Shown piece by piece: positions 27,981 to 38,360 of a stretch of 53,305 nucleotides of DNA (within the stretch, counting starts at the first letter, position 1; each line of letters begins with the position of its first letter). The translations under genes and the position numbers were made by a program. Source of the DNA: a virus (Duplodnaviria; Caudoviricetes); IMG/VR virus record IMGVR_UViG_3300001199_000286, positions 1-53,305 of that record, one strand, 5' to 3'. Below the pieces are notes generated by a model. It worked only from the letters and a program-made list of their open reading frames with translations, was not told the DNA's origin and did not search any database.

Positions 27981-28264
27981 ATTTGAACCTCTGTCATCCC
28001 TTCAAAACAAGCCAAAATATCTTTATTCAAATCAACAATAATGTCTTTATTGTCTCTTGAATAAAAACCATTAAGCACGCTTTTTGCTTTTTTAGTTTGG
28101 CCAGTAGCAACCAATGTGTAAAACCTAACTAAGTCCGAAAGATTATAGGCGAATATATCTGACTTGGCTTTTACTAATATGGATTTCCCTTTTTTGGCCT
28201 GATTAATGCCAGTGTTGATTAATTTAAGCTCTTTTTTAGCTTCGGAAATTGCTTTTTTATTCAT
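27977..28264 (-). CDS. Hypothetical protein (paralog of previous gene)
   Basis: AKKELKL...LSDLVRFYT...KKAK..L..F. Confidence 0.65.
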   Translation of the reverse strand: MNKKAISEAKKELKLINTGINQAKKGKSILVKAKSDIFAYNLSDLVRFYTLVATGQTKKAKSVLNGFYSRDNKDIIVDLNKDILACFEGMTEVQI

Positions 28265-28602
28265 GGAGCATTCACTTCATCTAAAACTTCCATAGGCTCT
28301 TCCCCAGTGATTTCAACAGTATTTTGGTCGGCAGGAATCCAACCTTCTTCTGTCAACACAGCATGAACGCCTGTTAAAAGAAAATAATCACGAAACCAAT
28401 CTTCATCAGGAGCATGTTCAAATAAACCAAACTCCATCAAAACATCAATTAGTCCCATACAACGATCAAATTTCAATTGATCAATTGTTCTGTTTTCTTG
28501 ATAAAATGGACTATCTTTCATCTCATCGGCAAAATTACTTAATATGTTTTTCGACCGATAAATTAAATCAATCGCCAAATCAGCTTTTTCTTGATCATTC
28601 AT
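28261..28602 (-). CDS. Hypothetical acidic protein
   Basis: AAGGA RBS, coupled to next gene. Confidence 0.65.
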   Translation of the reverse strand: MNDQEKADLAIDLIYRSKNILSNFADEMKDSPFYQENRTIDQLKFDRCMGLIDVLMEFGLFEHAPDEDWFRDYFLLTGVHAVLTEEGWIPADQNTVEITGEEPMEVLDEVNAP

Positions 28603-28612
28603 ATCAAATTCC

Positions 28613-29872
28613 TTATTCTACAACTTCTTCTTCGGCTTCATCTTCTTCCATAGACTCTAACATTTCATCAATCTCATCAGCAACAGAATCTTCTTCATCG
28701 TCACCAACACTAGTTTCTGTAATGCTATCATCGTTCTCAAGCTTCAATGCCGCTTGAAATGGTTCAAGATAATCAATGATTTCTTGAGATGAAGTTGCAT
28801 CCAACAAAGCTGGGCATTTTAAGAAAACATCCAATGGCATATTGTTTTCGTCCAAATTAGCTCTGAATTTAACCTCTTCTCCATTGGAATAAGCTGGATC
28901 GACTGTAAATGAACCCTTACCAGAAATCTTGACTCTCTTGCAGTCCAACATTAAACTCAAAAGTCCAGAAAGTGGATTAATCCCATGTTCAAACAAAAGT
29001 TTAATACCATCTGTTTCAACAAATGGGCGATAACTTCTATTCTTCTTGTTTTGAATTCTAACATTGACACCAAGAATTCTCTTCTTCTTGGCTGTGATTT
29101 TTTGTTCAATCTTCTTGAGAGTTTGTGTTCTCAAAATCAAAGAAGCATAGAAAGTAAGTGATTGACCACCACCACCCTTGACTTCTGGGTTGCCATACAT
29201 AACCCCAATTTGACTTCTGGTTTGGTTCATAAATACCACTGTACAGTTTGTATTTACCTTCTCCATCAAACCATTGAGCTTACGAAGTTCTTTAGAACAA
29301 ACCTTGGCTCTTTCTCCTGGTTGTTCCTTGCCGCCCACAATAGCCTTAAATTGAGCCTTATTCCAACCTTCTGGCAATTCAACTTCTCTTAATTCACGCT
29401 CTGTAGGAGATACGGAAAGAGAATCATAGACAATAAGAACGGGAATGTTCGGCTTTTTGGTGCGAACAAATTGAATAATAGAAAATATCTTAGCAAAACA
29501 TGCTTCCAAAGAAACCGTTTTATAACGGTTGATTTTCTTTGGATCAGCATGGCTTGCACGAACAATAAACTCTTTGTTGGCCGCATTCTCGGTGTCGATT
29601 AATATCGAAATACCACCCATGCGTTGAATACCAAACAAAAGATTGCTTCCAAGTAAAGATTTACTGGATGCAGACGGCCCATAAAGCTCAGTAATTCTAG
29701 CTCCTGGGATTCCACCACCAATAAACTTACCGCTGCAAATGTAATTAATCGACAATGAGCCAGTATCAATAAAATATTTTACTGTTTCCTGGTCATCTAA
29801 AACTTCACCACCAGTTTCCTTGGCGAGTTCACGCATAAAAGCTTCGTCATTGTCTATTTTCTTTTTAGCCAT
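28613..29872 (-). CDS. uvsX: RecA/UvsX-like recombinase
   Basis: IDTGS, GGIPGARITELYGPSASSKS, IDTE, VYDS, NQTR, YGNPE..GGG..L.FYAS. Confidence 0.92.
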   Translation of the reverse strand: MAKKKIDNDEAFMRELAKETGGEVLDDQETVKYFIDTGSLSINYICSGKFIGGGIPGARITELYGPSASSKSLLGSNLLFGIQRMGGISILIDTENAANKEFIVRASHADPKKINRYKTVSLEACFAKIFSIIQFVRTKKPNIPVLIVYDSLSVSPTERELREVELPEGWNKAQFKAIVGGKEQPGERAKVCSKELRKLNGLMEKVNTNCTVVFMNQTRSQIGVMYGNPEVKGGGGQSLTFYASLILRTQTLKKIEQKITAKKKRILGVNVRIQNKKNRSYRPFVETDGIKLLFEHGINPLSGLLSLMLDCKRVKISGKGSFTVDPAYSNGEEVKFRANLDENNMPLDVFLKCPALLDATSSQEIIDYLEPFQAALKLENDDSITETSVGDDEEDSVADEIDEMLESMEEDEAEEEVVE

Positions 29873-29926
29873 ATTTTTTCCTATTTTTAAATATATTGTC
29901 TCTATCGCGTATCATTTGTATTTTAT

Positions 29927-29962
29927 AAAAAAGCCAAGAGGGCGATTAAACCCTCTTGGCTT
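29927..29962 (-). terminator. Intrinsic terminator after SSB
   Basis: 12-bp stem AAGCCAAGAGGG/CCCTCTTGGCTT with T-run on minus strand. Confidence 0.85.
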
Positions 29963-29970
29963 GTAGAGAT

Positions 29971-30939
29971 TTAGGATTCTAAATCTTTCATGAAATCTTC
30001 ATCAACTTCAATTTCATCATCATCGGCTGCAGGAGTCGATTGAGAAGAAACTGTTGGAGTTGTTGGACGAACCAACTCTTCACGAACAGTTGACCCACCG
30101 CTTACAACATCTGGTGTTTCATAGTCAGCAAAATTAAAATTGCTACCATTGTTCGTTTCTTCTTTGATAATACCCAAGTGAATTTTCAATTGACGGTCGA
30201 GGAAATCGCCATCTTTGATAACTCGCAAGGATTGCAAATCATGAAGACCATCCAACCATGCCTTAATTTGAGTTTCATCTCCCAAATCTGTTGGTTGTTC
30301 AAAAGTCGATTGGTCATAGTTTGGATATTCCTTGTTTCCAGAACGAACATTTTTAACAGTCAACAAGAAATCGCGACCTTCGGTTGGATGCCAAACTTTA
30401 CCCAAAGACTTCAAACGAATCTTAGGATCTCCCGTCATAGCCTTGAGAATTTTTTCATGCACAGTTTTACCACAAGCATAAATCAGTGGACCAGCATTAA
30501 TTTGGTCTTTATTCTCAGAGTGTTGACGTACAATTACGTTGTAGTAATAACGTTCAACTGGCTTAATTTGGCGAGCCTTTTCTTGCAAAGCCTCTCTTTG
30601 TTTGTCCGACAAAGATTTATCTTCCGAACGCTTCCAAAGACTGGAGTAGTATTGGCAAATTACACAATCACCTTGCCAAGAATTTTGTCCACGAGCATTA
30701 ACAGCCAATTCTCTTGGACAGTGGAAAGATTTGCCATTCAAACGATGTGTTCTAGTAACACAAAACAAACTGTTGCCTTTTTTAGGCGGCAAAATACGCA
30801 TTAAAACAAAGCCATCTTTCTTAGGCATTTGCACGTATTTATTGGCAACGAAATCAAGAGCATTCTTGGGTTCAGTTCCAATGCGATTTACTTCATTGTT
30901 AATCGCTGTCATATCGACATCTTCAAAATCATAACTCAT
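29971..30939 (-). CDS. gp32-like single-stranded DNA-binding protein
   Basis: RILPP, H...C...CxxC zinc site, RYYYNV, GRDF, YPNYDQS.F, acidic C-tail. Confidence 0.88.
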   Translation of the reverse strand: MSYDFEDVDMTAINNEVNRIGTEPKNALDFVANKYVQMPKKDGFVLMRILPPKKGNSLFCVTRTHRLNGKSFHCPRELAVNARGQNSWQGDCVICQYYSSLWKRSEDKSLSDKQREALQEKARQIKPVERYYYNVIVRQHSENKDQINAGPLIYACGKTVHEKILKAMTGDPKIRLKSLGKVWHPTEGRDFLLTVKNVRSGNKEYPNYDQSTFEQPTDLGDETQIKAWLDGLHDLQSLRVIKDGDFLDRQLKIHLGIIKEETNNGSNFNFADYETPDVVSGGSTVREELVRPTTPTVSSQSTPAADDDEIEVDEDFMKDLES

Positions 30940-31025
30940 ATAAAAAAGTCCTCACGTAAAATAAAAGTGATAAAATAGTGTGCAGTTGATTTCATTTATC
31001 ATGTGTCAGCGACTGCAACTAACAC

Positions 31026-31054
31026 ACTATAGGATACATCGGAAGCTGACTCAA
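31026..31054 (-). promoter_or_regulatory. Sigma70-like promoter of SSB
   Basis: TTGAGT-N17-TATAGT. Confidence 0.65.
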
Positions 31055-31072
31055 TATTTGATAAAAAAATTT

Positions 31073-31525
31073 TTACTTTTCTTGATTTTCTTCTGCATCA
31101 CTGATTTTTTGGGCCTCTTTAAGCTCGCTAATCATTTTTTGCATTTCTTTGGCCTGCTCACCGATAGACTTCATTTTCTCTTGCATTGTGAGATTGCCTT
31201 CATCTTCCAATTGATTATTTAAGGCCAAACGAGCCTCTTGCTCAGATTCAAATTGCTTTTGAAGCCCTTCTAAAATAACCATATTTGCCTCTAACTTTTC
31301 AATCGTCTTTTGACGCTTTACTTTACGATTATAAGCTCTTTTTTCAGGATCTTTAATGAAAGGCTGAAGCTTACCACTTCGATCTTCTTCCAACAACTTC
31401 ATAATGGCATTGGCTCGTTTAGCCTCTTTTTCACTCTTAGTCATCGCTGCTCTTTTTTTAAGAAGCTTAACCTTTTTCTCTTCTTTCTTCTTCTGTAATT
31501 TACGTTCTTTTAATTTTTTTCCCAT
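31073..31525 (-). CDS. Basic coiled-coil hypothetical protein
   Basis: Lys/Glu-rich. Confidence 0.7.
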   Translation of the reverse strand: MGKKLKERKLQKKKEEKKVKLLKKRAAMTKSEKEAKRANAIMKLLEEDRSGKLQPFIKDPEKRAYNRKVKRQKTIEKLEANMVILEGLQKQFESEQEARLALNNQLEDEGNLTMQEKMKSIGEQAKEMQKMISELKEAQKISDAEENQEK

Positions 31526-31527
31526 AA

Positions 31528-32256
31528 TTAACCCCTTAAATTCATCGTACCAGATTCTGGGACTACGCCATCCCAGGATAAACCATCATTGTTTCTTCCG
31601 CCATTTCCTTTGCCAAAAATCTCTTGAGCAAAATAAGTCACACTGCTTGGGATGAAATATATTTCCGAAGCTTCTCGTATATTTCCTGTGTCATCTTTCG
31701 TCACATATTTGTTTCTAATGCCTTTTTCGTTATATAATTCTTTATAAACAGCATAGGTTTTTTCAGGAGTAAATCTTCCCTCTCTTGCTGCAGCACCAAT
31801 ATCCTTCCCTGGATTAAACTCAACATAAAACAACGGATCGCCAACAACATACTTTGGGGGACGAACAATTGCGTTGTGTGGGTGTTGAACAGGTTGTTGT
31901 GGAGCATGTGGATTGGCAAGTAATGGTTGTGTTTGTGGTGGAGTTTCTGATGAAATTTCTTCTGATTCCACACTTATCCCAATTTCGTCCAAAATGAATT
32001 TTCTGCCTTTAATGACAATTCCACCCTTAGTTTCCTTAAATGAAATTTGTTTCTTAACAATTTCAAAAATTTCAACATCAACCACCCAAACATCTCTTCG
32101 TGCTAGTTGTTTAAAAACGGCCTGTGCAGCCTTTTCTAAAGACAAATCGTCGTAGGGATCACCAATCTTTTTTGACATGCTTTTTTTATCTTGCATATTA
32201 AATTGATTATCTTCCCCACCCCTTTCATAATAGTAAAATTTCATTTCGTAACCCAT
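31528..32256 (-). CDS. Hypothetical protein
   Basis: 242 aa with RBS. Confidence 0.7.
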   Translation of the reverse strand: MGYEMKFYYYERGGEDNQFNMQDKKSMSKKIGDPYDDLSLEKAAQAVFKQLARRDVWVVDVEIFEIVKKQISFKETKGGIVIKGRKFILDEIGISVESEEISSETPPQTQPLLANPHAPQQPVQHPHNAIVRPPKYVVGDPLFYVEFNPGKDIGAAAREGRFTPEKTYAVYKELYNEKGIRNKYVTKDDTGNIREASEIYFIPSSVTYFAQEIFGKGNGGRNNDGLSWDGVVPESGTMNLRG

Positions 32257-32267
32257 GATTAGCCTTC

Positions 32268-32879
32268 CTATTTTTCTAAAATTCCTGTCCCATACCGAGT
32301 TTGAAATATATGAAAATCTCTATTTTTACCATGTGCAAAAGCAGTAAATGCCTTTTGAGAAGGCTTGTTTTGAATTAAATAATCCACAACCAACAAACCA
32401 CCCAAATTAATCTTTTCCCACACATAATCTAAATAAAACAATTGATTATCATAATTTTTCTCTATATTAATTATGACTAAATCCCAACGATTTGGTGAAA
32501 ATTTCTCCAAAAACGGATCTTCAAAAACATTACCAACGTGAATATCAAAATCACCTTTATAGTTATTTTTTATATTATCTCTGCCTAATTTAGCAGAATA
32601 TTTCTCATCTTCTTCTTGAAATCCTAAAAAATATTGGGTTTCTTTACATGCCATAAAATAACAACTACTAAATAAACCCAAATTAAATCCAATCTCTAAA
32701 ACCTTATTAGCCTTGTAGTGTTTACCTAAATAATAATAAAAAGGAGCATATCGTGGATCACTATAAGGAGATGTTTTTCTGGATGATTCTTCGATGAATT
32801 TAAGTTTCCCTAATAAAATTTTGCCACTGATATATTCCCTATTTAAATCAAACTCAATTTTTTTAACAATTTCTTGCAT
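32268..32879 (-). CDS. Class I SAM-methyltransferase-like protein
   Basis: VLEIGFNLGLFS, WDLVII, GGLLVVD. Confidence 0.7.
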   Translation of the reverse strand: MQEIVKKIEFDLNREYISGKILLGKLKFIEESSRKTSPYSDPRYAPFYYYLGKHYKANKVLEIGFNLGLFSSCYFMACKETQYFLGFQEEDEKYSAKLGRDNIKNNYKGDFDIHVGNVFEDPFLEKFSPNRWDLVIINIEKNYDNQLFYLDYVWEKINLGGLLVVDYLIQNKPSQKAFTAFAHGKNRDFHIFQTRYGTGILEK

Positions 32880-32890
32880 ATATTAAAACA

Positions 32891-33907
32891 GTGTTTGACA
32901 TTCATTTTATTTTACCCATTACCGAAAAAGTACCATATAATCAAAGAATTTCTCATTTAAAAAATTATGCCTTTTTGAATCCACAAGACAAAAAAGTATT
33001 AATTACCTTTTTAGGGGATTCTAATGACAAATATCCTCTCCTTCAAGACAATTGGCCAGAAGGAATTACTGTTGAATTTGTTAAATATGCCAATGCTTCT
33101 AATAGTTATAAAGTCAACAAATATCTTTCTGAGTTGGTTGTTCCTTTGGCCAAATGGACTGGTAAAATTGACGATGACACCACTAATGATATTTTCGGAT
33201 TATGCTCTATTTTTGATGAATTTTATGACTGGCAAAAGGAATATTATTTGGGCGGTGAAATAAACACAGTTTTGGAAAGAGATGAAAAAGAAACACTTGA
33301 AATTTTAAATTTGAACCATCACATCAAAGGCTCCAACACTTTAATGCACGAGTTTGAAGGATGTTTTGTATCTTGGGCCGCAATGAATACTATTTTAACC
33401 AACGAAACAGCCAAACGGTTTTTAAAAGAAAGAACAAAATTTTCTGGAGGGTTTACAGATCAGGCTTTTGGAATGGCCGCTCAATTAGCTAAAATATATC
33501 CAATAGAATGTAGATTCCTCTCAACAAAACCAACCAAAATGTATAACTTTACATTATTTGGCGGTAAAATAGGGCATATACATTTTTATGTAAATTGTTC
33601 AACAACAGCCTATAATTACTGGCTTCTTATGTTAAGTGAAACAACTGGACCAGCTTATATTACGTCCAAAAATTTTAATGTCTATTACGAACAAATAAAA
33701 CAACCACATAAATTTACTTTTACAAAAAATGGTATTATAAAAATAGATGGAAAAATCGACGAATGGCGATGTTATTGGAAAATTGAAAATAATCTCATGA
33801 TTTTTTTGGATTCTGACCTAAACCTAAACGCCAAGTTTGAGATTTCAGGTTGTGATTTATTTGAAACAACAAACAATCCAAAGACAAAATCAATTAAAAT
33901 AATTTAA
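32891..33907 (+). CDS. Putative GT-A glycosyltransferase-like protein
   Basis: WTGKIDDD, YYLG, DQAFG resemble GT31/fringe-like motifs. Confidence 0.45.
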   Translation: MFDIHFILPITEKVPYNQRISHLKNYAFLNPQDKKVLITFLGDSNDKYPLLQDNWPEGITVEFVKYANASNSYKVNKYLSELVVPLAKWTGKIDDDTTNDIFGLCSIFDEFYDWQKEYYLGGEINTVLERDEKETLEILNLNHHIKGSNTLMHEFEGCFVSWAAMNTILTNETAKRFLKERTKFSGGFTDQAFGMAAQLAKIYPIECRFLSTKPTKMYNFTLFGGKIGHIHFYVNCSTTAYNYWLLMLSETTGPAYITSKNFNVYYEQIKQPHKFTFTKNGIIKIDGKIDEWRCYWKIENNLMIFLDSDLNLNAKFEISGCDLFETTNNPKTKSIKII

Positions 33908-34786
33908 ATACATCATTGAAAGTTGGAATTCTGGCCAACTACCCTCAACATTAGTGTCCTTCCAATTGTTCATAATTCTTTTCTTAACTAAAGCATTTTG
34001 AGAATAAAAAGCATCAATAGATTCTTTATCTATATTGTTCTTCAAAAAAGAAAAAGCGTCTTTAAACCAAGCATTATACGTGGCAATAGGAAACAAAACC
34101 TTCTTAATATATTCAACAGTTAATCCCAACTCTTGTAGTTCTTCTGGTGTAAAAACAAGATGAATATAACCTTTATTTAATTTGGTGTATAAATGGGAAG
34201 CAAATCGACCACACCAAGGATGCAATCTAAAAAAATATTTGGTGTTCTCGTGGCTCAAAGATTTAATCTTATTAAGGACATCTACATGATCTTCTGTATG
34301 ATCTAAAACATCATACATGAGGATGCTGTCAAAGGGACCATATGTTTTCAACATTTCAAAATTAGTTGTCAACAATTGACCATCTTTATCTTGTTCCCAA
34401 ATTAAAGAATCTGATTTAGTAATATCGTATCCAATTGATAGGGTAGCTCCCGCTTCTTTGGCTTTCTGAACGGTATACCCTTCCCCACAACCAAAATCAA
34501 GAAATTTAATCTCATGTAATGGCAAAGAAGATATTTCTAAAATACCTTCTGCTCTATCTAATTTTTCTTGTTCATTGGTCAAATCACAAATTTGAGCAGG
34601 GTCTGCAGCTAAGGGCCATGCATCACTTTCAAGCAATTTCTTCAATATTTCAAACTCATTTGGTCCTTGGGAAGGTATTTGAGATTTTAATTCTTGAATT
34701 TGTGTTTTAATTTTCCCCAACTGAGCCGTTATCTCTTTTTCAAAAGTAATTACAACAGCAGATAAATCATCTATTTTTTCTTGCAT
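33890..34786 (-). CDS. Class I SAM-dependent methyltransferase
   Basis: FLDFGCGEG, IGYD, FDSILMYDVLDH. Confidence 0.85.
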   Translation of the reverse strand: MQEKIDDLSAVVITFEKEITAQLGKIKTQIQELKSQIPSQGPNEFEILKKLLESDAWPLAADPAQICDLTNEQEKLDRAEGILEISSLPLHEIKFLDFGCGEGYTVQKAKEAGATLSIGYDITKSDSLIWEQDKDGQLLTTNFEMLKTYGPFDSILMYDVLDHTEDHVDVLNKIKSLSHENTKYFFRLHPWCGRFASHLYTKLNKGYIHLVFTPEELQELGLTVEYIKKVLFPIATYNAWFKDAFSFLKNNIDKESIDAFYSQNALVKKRIMNNWKDTNVEGSWPEFQLSMMYLNYFN

Positions 34787-34809
34787 TTTATCCTCTTATG
34801 TACGTACAT

Positions 34810-34978
34810 AAAAAAAGGGAATACATAACACGATTATGATTCCCTTTAGTATCTTGGCGTGCCCTTAATAGACACTAAAACAATTATCCCGTGAAGAGGC
34901 CGAAGCCCTATCATTCAAAATCCGCATTCTTGTTTTTTTGTATTTTCTATCAATTTTTGGTTAAAAATACGGTTTATC
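34810..34978 (-). ncRNA. Candidate ~170-nt structured sRNA or attenuator leader
   Basis: Promoter TTGATT-N18-TAGACT (34982-35011); two 10-bp stems with G-U pairs on minus strand; C(UUCG)G hairpin; terminator ending in T7. Confidence 0.55.
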
Positions 34979-35024
34979 CAAAGTCTATTGAAAAATACAG
35001 ACCGAAATCAAGACCTTATAGTTA

Positions 35025-35777
35025 TTATTTAATTGAGAAATTCACAACTCTCTTTTTTGCCAAATCACAAAATTTCTCGCTTTTTTCCATTCCAACAAAT
35101 TGACGATTAGCTTTTAATGCTGCAATAACACTCGTACCAGAGCCTAAACAGTTATCTAAAATCACCTGATTTTCATTGGTATAAGTTCTAATTAAATACT
35201 CAAAAAGTAATACTGGTTTTTGAGCAGAATGAATCTTTTCTGAAGAATCATTGTTAACCACTGGAAAATCTAAAATTGACCTGGGGTATCTGTCTGTCTG
35301 TCCACCGCCACTTACACCAAGCTTAGTGTTCCCGTAAGTTGTTCCATCAGTATGTTTCGTATATTTATTAACTGGTTTATGTCCTGTTGTCTTTTGAGGA
35401 TTATAAATAGGTGTCTTTTTATAAAAGATTAGGATTGATTCGTGGATTCTCAAGGGCATTTTCTTGGCATTCAAAAACCCCGTGCATTTATTCTTCTTCC
35501 AAATTAAATCATACTTAAACATCTTGGGATTACTACAAATCAACTGAGAAGCAAAAGGTTGTGTAGCTGTTAAAGCTATTACACCCTTATCTTTAATGAT
35601 TCTGTTGTATGCAAGCCAAAGTTTATCAAAAGGGAGTTGTTTATCCCAATCAGTTCTAGATGTGACTCCATAAGGTAAATCACATAGAATCATATCAATA
35701 GACTTATCTGGCAATTCTTGCATAAGATCCAGACAATCACCACAAACAATCTTATTTAAAAACTTATCTGAAATCAT
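35025..35777 (-). CDS. DNA N4-C/N6-A methyltransferase (beta class)
   Basis: CDLPYG, HSAQKP, LDNCLGSGTS. Confidence 0.92.
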   Translation of the reverse strand: MISDKFLNKIVCGDCLDLMQELPDKSIDMILCDLPYGVTSRTDWDKQLPFDKLWLAYNRIIKDKGVIALTATQPFASQLICSNPKMFKYDLIWKKNKCTGFLNAKKMPLRIHESILIFYKKTPIYNPQKTTGHKPVNKYTKHTDGTTYGNTKLGVSGGGQTDRYPRSILDFPVVNNDSSEKIHSAQKPVLLFEYLIRTYTNENQVILDNCLGSGTSVIAALKANRQFVGMEKSEKFCDLAKKRVVNFSIK

Positions 35778-36604
35778 GGATTAAAAATAGCGATTAATTC
35801 CTTAACCGGCTTTCTTTCTTTGATATTGCTGCTAATTGTTCTGGCAGAGTCTACAGTCTTAATTTTAGCAAAAAACACATCTTCATACATTTGTCTGGAA
35901 TACCAATTACAATGATTTGAGATAATCACTGTAGCTCCCTTTCTAGATGCCTCTACAGCACATTTAGCCAAATCAATCTGGTCTACTAAAGAAAAATCAC
36001 CCTGAGCATATTTAGAGAAACTCGCGGTGTCTGACATAGGGAAAAAAGGAGGATCACAATAAACCAAATCTCCTTTTTCTACTAAATCAAAAATAGCCCT
36101 AAAATCGGCATTTAGTATTTTAAAATTCTGAATTCTGATTTTACATTCTTCCATCTCTTTTTGAGGAAAGAAAACATCTTTTCTTTTATCTGCAGCATCT
36201 CCACAAGGAACATTATAAATACCTTGGGAATTATATCGACAAAGCCCATTATAGCCATGACGATTCAAATAAAGAAAAAGAGCAGCTTTTACATACAAAT
36301 CTGTAGTTATATTGAATTCATTCCTTAAAGCATCGTAAACGTCTCTTTCTCTATTTTCTGGGGCGAAGAGTTTTTTACAATCTTCAATGAAGAATTCTTT
36401 TTGTTGTAGATGAGTCCAAGTAGAAATTAAGTCTGGATTAACGTCATTGACTATAATATTATCACATTCAACATTTAATCCTACAGTGCCACCACCAAAA
36501 AAGGGTTCAATAAACCTGTCAAATTTTTTTGGGAAGTGTTTAAATAAAAATGGTAAAAGCTTGGATTTCCCACCAGCCCATTTCAAAAATGAATCTATTT
36601 TCAT
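35774..36604 (-). CDS. dam: Dam-family DNA adenine methyltransferase
   Basis: LKWAGGK, EPFFGGG, LNRHGYNGLCRYN, YCDPPF. Confidence 0.9.
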   Translation of the reverse strand: MKIDSFLKWAGGKSKLLPFLFKHFPKKFDRFIEPFFGGGTVGLNVECDNIIVNDVNPDLISTWTHLQQKEFFIEDCKKLFAPENRERDVYDALRNEFNITTDLYVKAALFLYLNRHGYNGLCRYNSQGIYNVPCGDAADKRKDVFFPQKEMEECKIRIQNFKILNADFRAIFDLVEKGDLVYCDPPFFPMSDTASFSKYAQGDFSLVDQIDLAKCAVEASRKGATVIISNHCNWYSRQMYEDVFFAKIKTVDSARTISSNIKERKPVKELIAIFNP

Positions 36605-37263
36605 GCATTTAAATCGGTGTCTATGTTCAAATCAACTTCATCATTCAAATAATATTCAGGCGAATTTACAAATATTTCGACTTTGGCCTTCTCGAATAAC
36701 CAACGAGAACCAACACTATAATCAGCCCCCCAATCAATAAAATAACACTTTTTAATGCCAGAATTAATTATCAACTTAGTGCATTCTTGACAAGCAACAC
36801 CACACCAAGCCAACATAGTGCAACCATAAAGGTCTTCTGTTGCGTTTGTAATGGCGTTCGCTTCGGAATGGGCACAAGAACACAATTCTAACCGAGCCCC
36901 TGAGGGGGCGTTTACAAGCTTTCTAGGACATGTCTTACAACCATCATATTTGTTGGCAAAAAATTCCTTCAAATCCTTTTCGGTAACGCCATCAGGATAG
37001 ATTGGCTCAATTTCATTGCTTAATTGTTCATAGATGTATTGTTTTTCATCTTTGGTTATTTGGTTCCAAAAATTATTCAATAAATAGTCTTTAGAATCAC
37101 AATGAGGGGTATCTCTTGGGGGAGAGTTATACCCCATAGAAACAACTTTTCGATCATGTTGATCCACAATAACAGTGCCAATTTTGCGAGAATGGCAATT
37201 ATTTTGGTCTTCTCCAAAATGTTTGGCCTGTCTCATATATTTCTTAACATGATGTTCTTTCAC
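36601..37263 (-). CDS. dCMP deaminase
   Basis: RKIG, GYN, CPR, HSEANA, CQEC, INSGI. Confidence 0.88.
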   Translation of the reverse strand: MKEHHVKKYMRQAKHFGEDQNNCHSRKIGTVIVDQHDRKVVSMGYNSPPRDTPHCDSKDYLLNNFWNQITKDEKQYIYEQLSNEIEPIYPDGVTEKDLKEFFANKYDGCKTCPRKLVNAPSGARLELCSCAHSEANAITNATEDLYGCTMLAWCGVACQECTKLIINSGIKKCYFIDWGADYSVGSRWLFEKAKVEIFVNSPEYYLNDEVDLNIDTDLNA

Positions 37264-37580
37264 TTAACAATCCCCAAATGAATCTTTTTAACTTTAATTA
37301 AATCAACGCGATCCCAATCATCACTTACAAACATATCAAAAAACCAATGGTCATTGCCACCTTGATAAGAAATAATTTTTTGATTAGCCTCAACTACTTT
37401 GGGCAATAAAACCTCAGAGCCAATCAAAACATCTTCATATGAGGCTCGCAACATTTGAATTTGTTCTATTTGACAAGAATGTGTCATTCTATCAATAACA
37501 AGAATGAAACCAAAAAACCCAATTGCAACAACAATAATAATCCCAAACACAACCCCTACTGCTTCGATAAAATCTCTCAT
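37260..37580 (-). CDS. Hypothetical membrane protein
   Basis: N-terminal TM helix. Confidence 0.6.
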   Translation of the reverse strand: MRDFIEAVGVVFGIIIVVAIGFFGFILVIDRMTHSCQIEQIQMLRASYEDVLIGSEVLLPKVVEANQKIISYQGGNDHWFFDMFVSDDWDRVDLIKVKKIHLGIVK

Positions 37581-37834
37581 TTATTTACCTTTGCCTTATA
37601 TTGTTTATTTGTTTTTAAAAATTTAATAATAGCCCGCTTCTTTTTTAACGAGTAACAAAAATAATCCCATTCCATGCTTCCATATAAGCCACAACCATAA
37701 TTATATGGAGATATATTGTATTTTTGTTTAATGATGTTTGAAATAGCGTGAAATATGTCTCTATACATTCTTATTGTAAAATAATATCTTTTTTTAACTT
37801 TTCTTTGCATATTTAGTCCAAATCTGTAAATCAA
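37577..37834 (-). CDS. Hypothetical protein
   Basis: Coupled array; probable start MQRK. Confidence 0.55.
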   Translation of the reverse strand: MIYRFGLNMQRKVKKRYYFTIRMYRDIFHAISNIIKQKYNISPYNYGCGLYGSMEWDYFCYSLKKKRAIIKFLKTNKQYKAKVNK

Positions 37835-38360
37835 ACTCTGATAATGTCAAACCAGACTTATCAGCTAATTGAAGAAATATAGATTCGATTTGATCGTATT
37901 TTTTACCACTTGGAGTTGATTTTGGGACATCATGCCCCAAACTTCTTAAATACTTCAAAACGTGTGTATCTATTCCAGCACATCTTTGATTTTTACGGCT
38001 ATGGATGACAAAACATCTGGATGTTTTCTTTCCAATGCCTTTAATTTTCTCTAAATCGGCCAATGTACATTTTTTCAAATCTAAGTCACTATCAGCTAAT
38101 TGGCTTAATGTTACAGCCTTATTATTATAGCAACCAACTCCAAATCGCTTTAATTCACTAGGCAATTTCTCGCCTATATGTTTTATAACTGCGAATGGAT
38201 TATATTTACCTGATTTTTGTCGCCAAAACAACAAAAAATTCTCAAGACTTTTAGAGACAGTTGTTGCTTTCTTCCCTGCGGCTAACACCCAAAAAATAAG
38301 ATACTCTTCTAGCTCTTCATTTTTTAAGTCATATCTTGTAATGTCGAATGGATCAACCAT
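37794..38360 (-). CDS. HhH-GPD DNA glycosylase-like protein
   Basis: LEKIKGIGKKTS HhH, IDTHV, Y..IE, D...W. Confidence 0.8.
   Translation of the reverse strand: MVDPFDITRYDLKNEELEEYLIFWVLAAGKKATTVSKSLENFLLFWRQKSGKYNPFAVIKHIGEKLPSELKRFGVGCYNNKAVTLSQLADSDLDLKKCTLADLEKIKGIGKKTSRCFVIHSRKNQRCAGIDTHVLKYLRSLGHDVPKSTPSGKKYDQIESIFLQLADKSGLTLSEFDLQIWTKYAKKS

Noticed and set aside
30178-30804. 208-aa plus-strand ORF and similar short overlapping ORFs (e.g. 40770..41222, 34891..35103, 52961..53230)
   Set aside because: Antisense to well-supported genes or structured RNA regions, with no motifs.
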